Assembly: GCA_951406725.2 (NCBI GenBank)
Contig: OX597833.1
Coordinates: 66,092,001-66,156,000, forward strand
Reading direction: 5' to 3'
Length of the DNA stretch: 64,000 nucleotides
DNA from: Octopus vulgaris
Taxonomy: Eukaryota
Positions 1 through 15,638 of this stretch are shown here, piece after piece. The notes beneath the pieces were generated by a model, which was given only the letters and a program-made list of their open reading frames with translations, made no database searches and was not told the origin of the DNA. The position numbers and the translations under genes were made by a program. The stretch's first letter is position 1; the number at the start of each line of letters is the position of its first letter.

Positions 1-117
1 TATGCATATCGGTAGAGTATCGGAATGACTAAATCTAGGCTTCTGTGTCCTTTCACGTCGTCAGTAGTAAGTATTAGTATCTGCCGTCAGCTGCTTACTA
101 AGACAAACTTAACACCA

Positions 118-369
118 TTATTTACTTTTTTTACATTGGACGGAAATGTGTCCTCACTTTGTTGTTACCACAACGTTTCGGCTGGTTTACTCTTCAGCCT
201 TCATCAGGTGTCCTGGTAGGATTCTGAACCCAATTCTGGATTCTCATTCCTAAGGTTTTTTTTAATATATTTTTAGCACTATAAATCGTTGTAGTGACAA
301 CAAACAAGATGAGGACATATATCCGTCCAATGTAAATAATCTACAGAATTCCTCATCTCTAAAATATAG
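118..369. mobile_element. Short fold-back non-autonomous element (Penelope pLTR-like) carrying a hammerhead ribozyme
   Basis: Left arm ~131-176 (ttacattggacggaaatgtgtcctca...) is an imperfect reverse complement of right arm ~287-340 (...tgaggacatatatccgtccaatgtaaa). A second family copy lies at 37566-37741. Confidence 0.75.
169..210 (-). ncRNA. Minimal type I hammerhead ribozyme
   Basis: Minus strand: CAC CUGAUGA A GGCUG-aagaguaaac-CAGCC GAAAC GUU^ GUG. Canonical core, 5-bp stem II, palindromic ACGU stem III, short (3-bp) stem I. Confidence 0.75.
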
Positions 370-445
370 GACATCTTTAACACGTACTGATTTAGAATAA
401 CAGTAGAGGCTATAGTTGTTTCTAAGCATGTGTTTTACAGGGAAT

Positions 446-493
446 ATTAGCTACTGACGATCATAAAGATAGCAGAAATCAAGATTTAGCAAT
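446..493 (+). ncRNA. Degenerate type I hammerhead ribozyme
   Basis: GCUA CUGACGA (ucauaaagauagca) GAAAUC-AA-GAUU^ UAGC. Core, stem I and stem III are intact; stem II is mismatched. Confidence 0.5.
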
Positions 494-715
494 TTCACCG
501 CAGCTGTTGGACACTTATCTTCTGCTATCGATTTGCTTCTGTGCTTTTTAGCACAAATAATGTTATACTTCAAGTTATATAATCCTTATGAAACAAAAAG
601 GAGGACTAATTGTGGAGGTAAAAGAGTTCTGACTCGCCTTAACCAAAGTTACCACTTGTGACACTAAACTTCATATGGGGTACAGTGATATATCTAACAC
701 GTTATATATATCTAA

Positions 716-946
716 GACGGCGAGCTGGCAGAATCGTTAGCACACCGGGCGAAATGCGTAGCCTTATTTCGCCTGCCGTTACGTTCTAAGTTCAAATTCC
801 GTCGAGGTCGACTTTGCCTTTCATCCTTTCGGGGTCGATAAATTGAGTACCAGTTACGCACTGGGGTCGATGTAATCGAATTAATCCGTTTGTCTGTCCT
901 TGTTTGTCCCCTCTATGTTTAGCCCCCGGTGGGCAATAAAGAAATA
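716..946 (+). mobile_element. tRNA-derived SINE, family A (Nin-domain-like; octopus OK/OR-type)
   Basis: A/B-box-like head (gagctggcagaa...gttcaaattcc), gtcgactttgcctttcatcctttcggggtcgataa core, A-rich tail, TSD atatatctaa (706-715 / 948-957). More than 10 copies in the window. Confidence 0.9.
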
Positions 947-1269
947 GATATATCTAACACGTTTTTGCTTTGCTAATGTTTACCAGCCGAAGGATCAAGC
1001 AATCCCTTCTAACTGAACATATGAACAGGTTCCGTAGCCGGACTGACGAACCCAGAAAGATCTTCAACAATCTATTCCCCCATTTTCGAAAACCCAATCC
1101 TTTCTGCTTTGATGTTCAATTCTAGCTCGCTAAAATTTTCTAATTTTAATGACTTCTTTCATAATCCCAACAAAAAACCTTCTACGTCTATTTATAATTC
1201 TCTAAAGCTAAAATTTATATGAAGCATTGTTAAACGCATTGTTTGGTGTAATATATTTTGTGTTCTGTT

Positions 1270-1690
1270 TTGCGTTCATCTCTTCTATAGTTAGTTTGAC
1301 TCATCGAATAAACTTTATGAGTTGTTTGTGTATTTTTAATGGATGTAATATCTGACGTAATCGTTGTGATGTATTTGCGTTTGTATTGTTCGATTGTTTG
1401 GTGAATTGGTTTGTTAAAATACCCGTTATTGATTAGCCTCTGTTTTATTGTATGGATTTCTTTTATCTAAAGCTTCGTTTGTGGGCGAGAATTCAAATGC
1501 TATCTTTCAATCTAAGGATTTTTATATCTGTGTGGAAATCATTCGTATCTGTGTGGGCAGTCGTAGTTTCCATGGAAGTATGCGTATTTGTTTGTATCTT
1601 AGAAGTAAAAGTACGTGGTGCAGAATATCTTATTTTCTTTCTGAAAATTATATTAAAAAAACGGATTCGTTGTATCGCTAAGAGTTTATG
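1270..1690 (-). pseudogene. Penelope-like element RT thumb/linker remnant (inverted segment)
   Basis: Manual translation with stops: NYDCPHRY...KEIHTIKQRLINNGYFNKPIHQTIEQ...HKVYSMSQTNYRRDERK. This matches the PLE pattern CPxRYK...IKQxLxNNGY...NYKxDE. Confidence 0.65.
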
Positions 1691-1712
1691 TTTCCTGTTC
1701 TATAATACAGAA

Positions 1713-2180
1713 TAGACGAACACATCAAAAACGTCACAAAGACCATAAAATACCTTATACCAAATCATAAACCACAGTAATAATATACGACAAATGCATT
1801 AAAATTAACAACCTTATTAATTACAAACAACAAGCCTGTAAAATCGCTGACAAACCACGATGAATGATGAATGTGATTTATGAAATTTGATTGCCAGTAA
1901 TGCTGTTCTAAATTTTACTACTCCAATTATTATATCGGCCAAACAAATACAACACTCTCTCGTCGACTACTTATGCATTTACAATAATTAATGACTGCCG
2001 CACACTACATGACACAGCAAAACAAAACTAGATCTGAAAATATTTGTGGAGAACACCTGTAAGTTCAACTGAATTCTCAGGAAATATAGGAAATTGATGG
2101 TAGAAGCAATACTCATAACACCGCACAGCGCTCACATAAATACAAAGACAATATGCAGATGTCACAGTAGAACTCGTGTA
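1713..2180 (+). pseudogene. Penelope-like element GIY-YIG endonuclease remnant
   Basis: Manual translation with frameshifts and stops: LTTLLITNN...NVIYE(F)DC..C...YYIGQTNTTLSRRLLMHLQ...VEAILI...IN. YIGQT is at 1931-1945. Confidence 0.75.
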
Positions 2181-2480
2181 AATAAAGGACTGCCTGCAAT
2201 AAGGGGGTAACAATAGACGCCATCATCCACTTCACCTTGAAGAGGAGAATGCGATAGACTAGAAAAGGGGTTGATCGATTTTGGAATTCTATATTTTAGT
2301 ATCAAAAAGAATACACTCGTATGAAAATATGGAAAATACTTGACAAAATACAGAGAGCTAGAACATAGTCGTCTTTTTAATGCATGTCTAAAACACTTGT
2401 GCCTCATGCATATACATTTATATACATATACTTATACATATATATATATCATACATACATATATGCATATGCGTATGCAG

Positions 2481-2547
<67 letters not shown>

Positions 2548-2827
2548 TGTATGTATGTATGTATGTATGTATGTATGTGAATGTATATATATGTGTGTGT
2601 GTTGTGTATGTATATGTGTGCGTATGCGTGTGTGTGTGTGTGTGTAGATAGACAAATGGATAAAGATAGATAGATACATAGATAGATATTTGAATATAAG
2701 CAGTGTAGCTCTTTAAGAATTTTAATGAAGTTATATGTGCTGTCTATACTATACTTACATATGCATAAAATATGTGTATGTATGTACCTTTATATCATAC
2801 AAACATACATGTACAAATACAGACACG

Positions 2828-2898
<71 letters not shown>

Positions 2899-3880
2899 GG
2901 GCAGACAGACAGAGAGCGAAAGACTCAGACACGTACACACACAAACATAGACACACCTACATATATAAAATGCAGAAATACACACACACACATACACACA
3001 GAACTACAGATAATGGAAGAGTAGAAGACTGAGACACACACATACATATATATAAATGTATGAAATAAATAATCATACACACATACACACATACACACCT
3101 GTATTCACGCATACATACACAAATAAATCGTGATTCTAAGAAAAAAAAATAACCGAATGGGAGCAGTCGCGCTCTATTTTTGAAGTTCTGAATTAGTTCC
3201 CATCATTCAATTGTTCACGCATACAATAAAAGTCTTTGAGTCTTGCCATTATTTTTGTTTCACCAGTTTTGAAATAGCTCCAACTAGATGAATGAATAAA
3301 TGTAGTTCCCAAGAACTGGGAGCTATTAATTATTCCATTTGTATTGTATTAAGCAGAAATTGATGGCGGCGCTAATGTGCGGTAGTGGTGACGTTGATGG
3401 TGGTGTTGGTAGTGTGATGTGGTGTGATGTCAGGGTTTGTATGTGGTGCTGGGAAGAATTTGTATATGGTGTGTTGTGGTGTATGGCTGCTATTTGGAAC
3501 GGTTGAATACTGATTGCTTGTTTTAGATATGCGTTCCAATAAAAGTCGAAAATAGACAAGCGTGATGGCTGGATGGCTGACTGTTTTAGCCCGGTTTCAA
3601 TTTTACTGCTTGTCGCTCTCCGCCACTATGTTTGTTTTTTTTTTGGTTTCTTCACCTGCTCTCATTCTTTCTCCTTCGCCCTTCGTCTCCCTCATTGTGG
3701 TGCTCGTCGTGTAGCTAGGTAGCTTGATAATTTTATAAGAGTAGAAAGGTTTATAATTAGGTTTTTAGTTTCGTTTCATTTCATTTCGGTTTTGGTTACG
3801 TTTTAAATTCGGTTTGGTGAGGTTTTTCACAAGGCTTTTTACAACGTGATAATTGACTGAAGGGACTGCATGTACACATG

Positions 3881-3912
<32 letters not shown>

Positions 3913-4177
3913 CAAAAGCACATACACACGGAAATATATAAGCGCAGAATACATGTAAATATTTATATAAGCATAATCGCATATACACACATACACAAAC
4001 ACAGATAGAGACTTATATATGCATAGGAATAAATATAAATATATATACATGTATTATATACGTAAATATTTACATGCATAAAAATGTATGTATTTACACT
4101 TGTGCACGAACATATGCATATAATATATATATATATGTATATTTACACAAATATATATACATGTATACATATGTATA

Positions 4178-4209
<32 letters not shown>

Positions 4210-4555
4210 CATATATACATATATATAATGTATGTGTATATGTACATATATATATACATATATATATACATGTATGTCTGCAAACATATGCACATATGTA
4301 CATATATATATATACAACTATATATACATGCATACAAACACACTAATTCACTCACACATGCACACACACATGAATATATCTTCTTAGTATTTATATCACT
4401 ATGACATTAAATATCAATAGATGTGTGTGTGTGTGTGTCTATGTCTGTGTATGTCTATGTGTGTGTCTGTGTGTGTGTGTGTATGTGCGCATGTATTCGT
4501 ACAGGTGTATGTATTACGTGTTCGCACGTTAGTGGATGCGTATATATGAATGAAC

Positions 4556-4556
<1 letters not shown>

Positions 4557-4625
<69 letters not shown>

Positions 4626-4773
4626 AAGTAGTAGTAGTAGTAGGAGTAGTAGTAATAGTAGTAGCAGCAGCAGCAGCAGTAGTAGTAGTAGAGGTAGTAG
4701 TAGTAGAGGTAGTAGTAGTAGGAGAAGTAGTAGTAGTTGTAGTAGTAGTAGTAGTAGTAGCAGAAGCAGCAGC

Positions 4774-4808
<35 letters not shown>

Positions 4809-4874
4809 AAGCAACAGCAATAGTAGTAGTAGTAGTAGTAGTAGTAGTAATAGTAGTAGTAGCAGCAGCAGCAA

Positions 4875-4914
<40 letters not shown>

Positions 4915-4950
4915 TGTTGTTGCTGTTGTTGTTGTTGCAGCAGCAGCAGC
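4557..4950. repeat. Compound (AGT)n/(AGC)n/(GTT)n trinucleotide microsatellite
   Basis: Directly visible; it produces the poly-S/V/T/L/Y ORFs. Confidence 0.95.
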
Positions 4951-5605
4951 TCCAACCGCTCCGGTTGCAGTAGCACTCTTCCATATTTCGGTTAACACAT
5001 TCCACAAAGGCTGCCGAAATTATGTAACCTGTATTATTATGGAAATATGGTGTGGTAGCCGGAATGAGAGGAAATGGAATAGGAAATGAGAGACGGGAGG
5101 GGGATGAGGGGGAAGAGGAGGGTGAGAGGGAGGAGGAGGAGGAGGAGGAGGGGAAGGAAAGGGGAGAAGATGTAGCCGAGAGAGAGAAGGAGAGAGAGGG
5201 AGAGAGACAGTGGAGGAAAGTCGGGTAGAAGGAAGAATATGATGCGTACGTTATGGTGTGTGATGGCAGGGAAATCGGGGAGGGGGGTGGAGAGTTTTTT
5301 TAGGAAAGAGAAACAGACAGAGAGGAAAGAACAGGTGTGAGAAGAAAGGTGGAGAAGTTAAAGCGAGAGAGACAGAGAGAGAAAAGAAGGTATAGAGAGA
5401 GTGAGAGAAATATAAAGAGGAGGAAAGAAAGACAATGTGTGCATAGCAAGATTGATATATTTATGTATATATACATATATATGTATATATACATATATAC
5501 ATGTAAATATATATATATGTACATATTTATATTTATATATATATATATCCATATGTATTTATGTATATATGTGTGTATATGTATTTATATGTAAATGTAT
5601 ATATA

Positions 5606-5671
<66 letters not shown>

Positions 5672-6669
5672 TAGATATAGATATATATATATATATATTC
5701 GAACACTCGTTAATTATGTGATATTGATGATATTTATATGTATGTTAACATTTATATATATATATACGTATATATATATACATACATACATATATGTGTG
5801 TGTATATGTACATATGTATATGTATGTGTGTATATATATGTACATATATGTGCACATGCACACACACACACATATACATAGAGAGAGAGAGAGACAGACA
5901 GAGAGACAGAGAGCGAGAGAGAGAGAGAAGGGAAGAATAAGAAAGAGAAATAGAGAGCATATTCATTCTGCAAGAACATAGGGAAATAGTGAGAGGTGCA
6001 TACTCGGGAGAGTGGAGACAGTGAAGAAAGGGAGAGGTGGAGGAGAGAGTGATGATGAGAGAATGGAAGACGGGTGGTGGGGGTAAAAATGTTAATTTTG
6101 TATTACTGTGCACGCAGCTAAAAGTGTATTGAGGTATATTCATTTGTATCATTCCTTTTATAATTATACCTGTTTAGGGGACATGCTATATAAATTATGT
6201 TCTATAAACATTCTTTATATAATTTTAATGGAACTATATATATATATATATGTATGTATGCATGTATGTATGTATGTATGTATGTATGTATGTATGTATG
6301 TATGTATAGATAGATATAGCTATAAGTATGTGTGTGTGTTTATTGTGACTATATACATATATACATATAATTATATATGTATATGTATATCCATTTATAT
6401 ATATACATATATATATATTGATATATATATACATATGTACATATATATGTATATCCATATCTATATCTATCTATACATACATATATGCATAGATATATAC
6501 ATACATAGATATATACATGCATACATACATACATACATATATACATACATACATACATGCACACACTCATACATACATACATACATACATACATACATAC
6601 ATACATACGTACATACATGCATGCATACATACATACATACATACATACATACATACATACATACATACA

Positions 6670-6700
<31 letters not shown>

Positions 6701-6732
6701 GCATCAATATTTTGATCGTTAATTATAATACA

Positions 6733-6782
6733 TCGTAAAAAAAAGTTTCATTCCGTGAAAATGCTACGCAATCATCAGACGA
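6733..6782 (-). ncRNA. Degenerate hammerhead-like motif
   Basis: Minus: UCGU CUGAUGA uugcgu...acggaau GAAAC uuuuuuuu ACGA. Stem I and core are present; stem III has decayed. Confidence 0.35.
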
Positions 6783-7022
6783 CAAACATCAAAAAAACTA
6801 CTCCAATATCCACATGATATGTATTATTAATCACGAATGCTTTCTAGTGATGTATTTCTAGACTAAAACCTTGAATGAGATTTTACGTTATTACATATTA
6901 ATATTGTTTGCAGGGCGGGATTTTTCACCTCTTGATACTTTACTAATATAGAATATAAAAATGTGTTTATGTTTGCGAGCGTATGTGCTTACATGCGCGT
7001 TTTTGTGTGCTCGCGCGCGAAT

Positions 7023-7155
7023 TCGCGTGGTTAAGGGATTAGGCTGTTGTACTCAAAGTCGCAAAGTCGTAGGTTCGATCTCTGGACCGGGCGGTGCGTT
7101 GTGTTCATGAGCAACACTTCATTTAAAGGTACACCAATCAACTCAGCTGTAAATA
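7023..7155 (+). mobile_element. Degenerate tRNA-head/CORE-like SINE fragment
   Basis: gcgtggttaaggg...ggttcgatctctggaccgggcggtgcgttgtgttcatgagcaacact...actcagctgtaaa resembles the heads at 19668, 20626 and 27622. Confidence 0.6.
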
Positions 7156-7192
7156 CACAGACCCGCCATGGACTGACACAGTGCAGTGATGT

Positions 7193-7228
<36 letters not shown>

Positions 7229-7311
7229 CTGTGTGTGTGTGTGTGTGCGTGTAGCTTAGTGGTTGGGTGTTGCTTTCATGAGCATTAGGCTCGGGAAGGA
7301 ACATTGATCCT

Positions 7312-7345
<34 letters not shown>

Positions 7346-7346
7346 C

Positions 7347-7512
<166 letters not shown>

Positions 7513-7549
7513 GAAATAATAATAATAATAATAACAATAATAATAATAA

Positions 7550-8107
7550 GTGCCCTGATGCAGTACCAGGCAGTGGTTCTCATGGCTTCTGATCTTAACT
7601 GATTGGAAGTGTTATAATGTACATTGTTTTCTCTTGGTATAAAAGATGGGCTACAGCAAATATTCTGCTCAATACCACAGATTTGCTTGTCAGTTGTTTG
7701 ACCTTAACCAGTTGAGCATGTCCCTCAGTGGTTGACGATATGTGCATCTCTGATCACGAGCAGAAGTAGTGGGGGAGCATCATAGCCATGTGTTGAGAGG
7801 GATTCTTTGGGGTTTGAATAATTCACCTCTGGAAACATGGGTGTTTCGTTCAACATCCTTAAGCAACCCTTATTCAAGGACCTTTTGAGCGGGATGGGTT
7901 ACTCGACCTGAAGAAAATTCTAACTGGGCCCCACCTGCAAGGTCATGTGCTGTTTATCTTGATATGAGATCACCATGTCGCGCACATATGGTTGTGATGC
8001 ATGTGCCTGGTGTACCCTTATCAGACGTGTAGTCATGTTGGGTATACTGGGCTTCGTATATTTGTACTGCAGTGTCACTTTTGGTGGCATGCACTGCTCT
8101 CTCACTC
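7550..8107 (+). mobile_element. Non-coding (AAT)n-embedded repeat, probable non-autonomous retroposon
   Basis: Complex 560-bp sequence flanked on both sides by (AAT)n. Its last ~65 bp recur at 55927-55990, again followed by (GAT)/(AAT)n. Orientation is inferred from the truncation pattern. Confidence 0.6.
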
Positions 8108-8598
<491 letters not shown>

Positions 8599-8634
8599 AT
8601 GATGATGAGGAGGAGGAGGAGGTGGAGGAGGAGG

Positions 8635-9525
<891 letters not shown>

Positions 9526-9797
9526 ATGTGAGAAGTGATGATTAGAAGAAGAAGAAGAAGAGGATTATTATATAACATTCCAGTATATTTGACACCAGAC
9601 AGCAACGGTGGAATTTTAAAAAGGGCGAATAAAAGATTATAATATATATACATACATACATACATACATACATACATTCATACATACATTCATACATACA
9701 TTCGTACATACATGCATACATATATATATATCTATACGCACACATACATATATATACATATATATATAATTACATATATATATATATATGCATATAT

Positions 9798-9842
<45 letters not shown>

Positions 9843-10658
9843 CTCACACATATATGAATAAATATACGTGTATGATTGCGTGTGTGTATATAGATAAATG
9901 TGCATGTGTGTGTGTGTGTGTGTGTTCTCAAAGATATTCGTCGTCGTTGTTGTTGTTGTTGTTGTTGCTTTTCTACTTCCCAGCAGGGGCGTAGTGGTGT
10001 TGGCGATGGTTGTGGTGGTATAGATGGTATGAGGATTAATTTATCCTTTCATTCCGACTCCATCCCTTCCACACTGTTGCACGTGGTCTAGTGGATGTGT
10101 TTGGCATTGCATGGTGGTGGTGGTCGTCGTCGTAGTCGTGGTGGTCCGGTGGTGGTGGTGGTGGCGGCGGTGGTGGTACAGGTAGTGGTGGAAAGGAGGA
10201 TAATGAGGACGACGGGAACAAAAGACGAGCATCTGGGTGGCGGTGGCGGTGGTCGTGGTCGTGGTGGAGGTGGTGGTCGTGGTGGAGGTGGTGGTCGTGG
10301 TGAAGGTGGTCGTCGTGGTAGAGGTGGTGGTTGATAGCATCCGCAGAGGATTATGGAGGTGGATAGCAGATTAGTCATTGTTGGGACGCCTTTGGTGAAC
10401 TGGGGCTGAGCGGAGGCTTAGATTTTCCTTGGGGCTGGCCGGATTGGAGCAATCTCGAGTATAACCAGCCGAAATTGCAAAGATAATCGGGAACTCGACT
10501 GAGGAAAGAGAACTTCGAATGACCCGTCCTTGTTTTCTTTGTATCGTCTATCTGGATGATTTGTTGTCCCTTTTTTGTATCATCTAGTTGTCCGGATGCT
10601 TTGCGTTCTTGTCCCATTTTGTATTATATATATAGCGGTATACGTACACTTTGGGTTC

Positions 10659-10714
<56 letters not shown>

Positions 10715-10738
10715 ATGGAAGATGGGATATATATGTTC

Positions 10739-10790
<52 letters not shown>

Positions 10791-11553
10791 AGAGAGATAC
10801 ACAACGGGCTTCTTTCAGTTTTCCTCCTACCAAATCCACTCAGAAGGCGTTGATCGGCCTGATGTTATGGCAGAAGACGCACAGCCACGCCGGCGCCTAT
10901 TCCACGAATATTTACAAATATTTGGTTGAAATATTCTTCATGCTAGTGTTGTCATTCTTTGTAACAAAGTTCTCACTTCTCAATGTTTCTGGTTCTGCTC
11001 CCTCCATGGACTTAATATCATGAAATTCTATCGTTCCGCAGCGAAAAATAAAACGGGTTTGGTTTTAGCGTAAAAATCTCTTTTATCTGTTTGTCTTTTC
11101 AACTAAATTTGCTTCCATCTTTGGCAACAATCATAATTTGTTGGTTTCTAGCCAATGGCGGGGCAGAATGCCAATTTGTATGAAATGTATTTACCGATTT
11201 TAGAAACATCACGTGTCCAGTCACTGATCTTCTCTTTCGTGGGTATTAGTACATAATCCTTTACAAAAAAACATACGCCATTTTGATTCGTTTATTTATT
11301 TCGCTTGTGTTGTGTTGTTTTGTTTCTTTTCAATCTGTTTTTTTTTTTCGGCATTTCATGTCTGTTTTTATTGTCAAAATATATTCTGTTTACATGGAAA
11401 AACAGACTTAAAAAAGAAAATTGTCTATCATACGAATTAATGAATGAAATATATGTAGGTATTTATAAATACAAACATTTTTTGTGATGTATAGAGAGAC
11501 AGAGAGAGAGAGAGACAGAGAGCTACATACATGCATACAGGCAGAAATAAATG

Positions 11554-11624
<71 letters not shown>

Positions 11625-11891
11625 GTAGGTAGGTAGGTAGGTAGGTAGGTAGGTAGGTAGGTAGGTAGGTAGGTAGGTAGGTAGGTAGGTAGGTAGTTAG
11701 GTAGATAGACAGATAGATAGATATGTTTCTTTATTAGCCACACAGGGCTGTACACAGACGGGACAGATTACAAATTAGAGCTTTTCTTTATTGGGAGAAA
11801 AGAAAAAAAGTGGGGTAGGTTTTCGATCAAAAGGGATCATAAAAGGGAAAGAAAAAAAGGAAAGAAAATAAAAAAAAGAAAAAGAAAAAAC

Positions 11892-11970
<79 letters not shown>

Positions 11971-12715
11971 AGCATATATACTAACACGAAATTTTTACCC
12001 AAAAATCTTCACTAATCGTTTTCAAACTAAAAATACGATACTGTCAAAATACAATGGAAAATTCTGCAAGTGAGAGGTGTAAGACATCACTCAATCCAAA
12101 ACCAAACAAGAATTCATCTAATCAACAGACAACTTCTGTAGAGGATGTGTTGTAATTACCAAATGGCAAACCGGCTCCAAATGCAGAGATAATTCTGATG
12201 GATCAAAAATTTGTGTTCCATAGTATTTGTCTATGTTATTCAAACCTGCTTTTGTCTACTCAGGTATTTCTCTGTCTACTCGGGTATTTCTCGTTTTTAC
12301 TTCGAATTATACAAGTTAGCTTGACCGTAAATAAATCTTGCACCTATTTGTATAAAATCTAAGTCCTTTGGCTGTGCGAGTTGAGGTCGGACAACTGTGC
12401 CAATGACAATTATTGAGGCAGAAACAAGTGTCTTCTTATTTCCAGACAAAAACCTTGCCCTTTATTTTAAAATGGCATCTCAATTTTGAAAAATTCTTCA
12501 TTCTTGGGATTATCTCCCCTTCACATGTGGCACTGTACTTAATTAGTATTTGTTAATTAGGACTTCCTCTAGAGATGATGATTATTTTACTAAAACAGGA
12601 GTTTTATGTTCTTCGGTATTTGATATACCTGTATTAGTCTATTTATATAACTGTATGTAAATGTATGTATATATATAGATACATACATACATACATACAT
12701 ACATACATACATACA

Positions 12716-12746
<31 letters not shown>

Positions 12747-13336
12747 GTACGGAAGCACATATTTTTCAAGAGGAGCCCATTGTGGCACGTCTGGGCACTT
12801 AAAATTCATCCGCATCGTCAGAATGAGTATTTTCTGCCGCTCCCATTGCCGATAGGACCCTTTTGAATTCACACAGAATGCAATGTCTGATACGGATCTG
12901 ATCTAAACACTTTTTAAAAGGTAAAAATCGATACGATATTCAAGCACTAAGGTATAAAGTGATCTGCATAGAATGTAAAAATGAATGCTTATTTTACCGT
13001 CAGTCATGAAAAAATTCCCTCAAAGAGATCAGATCAAACATTCAACAGGACTTAAGTTCCAACCACACACAGACACACACACAAATATAAATACACACGC
13101 CTGTAGATATGTGTATATATATATATGCATGTGTATACCTAAGCATATAATGTATGTGCTTGTTTGTGTGTCTGTGTGTGCCTGTGTGTGTGTGTGTGTA
13201 TGTGTATGCGTGTGTGTGTGTGTACATGTGTGTGTCAGTTATTTATCCGACTAGTTGCCAACAATGCTTTATATGCGCAAATCGGTCTATCCGATTACTT
13301 TAAGCTTTTATATACATATAAATACATAGATACATT

Positions 13337-13464
<128 letters not shown>

Positions 13465-13570
13465 TGGAGAGAGAGAGAGAGAGATGTTTCTTTATTGGCC
13501 ACAAAGTAGAGCTTTTCTTTTGGGGAAGAGGAAAAAATAGACAGACAGATAAATAAATAGATAGATAAAT

Positions 13571-13604
<34 letters not shown>

Positions 13605-13613
13605 GTAGATAGG

Positions 13614-13726
<113 letters not shown>

Positions 13727-13757
13727 TGATAGAAGACAGGCAGATAGACAGACAGAC

Positions 13758-13846
<89 letters not shown>

Positions 13847-14261
13847 TAGAGAGAGACATAGATAGATTCGGAGAGAAAGATACGCACATACGTAAATAGA
13901 CAGATTCACACAACACACATATACGCATGCATATACACACAAACATATATAAATATTCGCATTTGTCCGCATGCGTCTGTGTATACATGTAAGTTATTCT
14001 GTTGAATATGTCAGAAAGCAGACAGCTACAACCGGAGCTATCTCAGAGTGATTACATCAAACATAAAAATCGTCTGAGACCAAAGAGGAAAATATTTCAT
14101 ACTCTTTTAGAAGTTATCAGCTTCTGTCATGTCAAATTAGATGGAGTTTATTGCGGAGTACAACAGCCACGTTTTATACATTATAGCAATCGCATTTCAT
14201 ATATTAAAACAATATATTGTGTACATTGATAGGACACTGCTGTCAATATATAAAATGCTTT

Positions 14262-15638
14262 AGGCGGTGAGCTAGCAGAGTCGTTAGCGACCCCGAGTTG
14301 CATGCTTAGCGGTATTTCGGCAGTTTTTACGTTCTACGTTCAATTCCAGTGTGGTCGACTGTGGCTTTTATCCTTTCGGAGTCGATTAAATAAGTACAAG
14401 TTGGACACTGGAATCGATGTAATCGATTTACCCATTCCCAGAAAATTACTGGTCTTCTTACCAAAATTTGAAATCAATATATGAAATATCTAAGGCGGTG
14501 AGCTGGCAGAAACGTTAGCACACCGGGCGAAATGCTTAGCGGTATTTCGTCTGTCTTTACGCTCTAAGTTCAAATTCCGTCGAGGTCGACTTTGCCTTTT
14601 ATCCTTTCGGGGTAGATTAAATAAGTACCAGTTACGCACTGGGGTCGATATAATCGACTTAATCCGTTTAAGTAAAGGAATAGGTATTTCGTCTGTCTTT
14701 ACGTTCTGAGTTCAAATTCCGCCGAGATCGACTTTGCCGTTTATCCTTTCGGGGTCGATAAATTAAGTACCAGTTGCGTACTAGGGGCCATCTAATCGAT
14801 TGGCCTTCTCCCAAAAAATTTCGTACCTTGTGCCAAGAGTAGAAAATAATAAATTGGCTACACCAAGGCAGCGAGCTGGCAGAAACGTTAGCACGCTGGA
14901 CGAAATGCTTTGCGGTATTTCGTCTGCCGCTACGTTCCGAGTTCAAATTCCGCCGAGGTCGACTTTGCCTTTCATCCTTTCGGGGTCGATAAATTAAATA
15001 CCAGTTACGCACTGGGGTCGATGTAATCGACTTAATCCCTTTGTCTGTCCTGGTTTGTCCCCTCTATGTTTAGCCCCTTGTGGGCAATAAAGAAATAAGA
15101 AACGTTGGCACGCCGGGTGAAATGCTTAGCGGTATTTCGTCTGTCTACATTCTGAGTTCAAATTCCGCCGAGGTCGACTTTGCCTTTTATCGTTTCGGGA
15201 TCGATAAATTTAGTACCAGTTGCGTACTGGGGTCAATCTAATCAATTTGCCTCCTCCCCAAAAATTTCGGGCCTTGTGCTTAGAGTAGAAAAGTATATTT
15301 TTTAAGGCCTCGGTCGAATTTGAACTTGGAACGTAAAGACGGACGAAATCCCGCTAAGCATTTTTCCACGGGTGCTAACGATTCTGCCAGCTCGCTGCTA
15401 GAATTATCTTATATAATGGTTTCAAATTTTTTTTTTAGCACAAGGCTATTGGGTGGGAGTGGAAGGTTTAAGTCGAATACATCGACCCTAGTGCTCAACG
15501 GGGGAATATTTTATCGACCACGAAGTATAAAAGGTAAAATCCGATTTTGGTGGGCTTTGAAAGCACAACATAAAGACAGATGGAATGCCGACAAGATTTT
15601 GGTCCGCTGTGCTACCGATTCTGCCAACTCGCCGCCTT
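14262..15638. mobile_element. Cluster of ~7 family-A SINE copies (5 on +, 2 on -)
   Basis: Copies at ~14262-14480, 14493-14668, 14683-14846, 14866-15098, 15099-15293 (+) and 15305-15397, 15415-15638 (-). Two alternative 3' tails are used. Confidence 0.9.

Noticed and set aside
1040-1065. CUGACGA...GAAAG
   Set aside because: No stem II or stem I pairing.
12020-12500. Possible PLE endonuclease remnant (IQWKILQ)
   Set aside because: A single short motif; could not extend it by eye.
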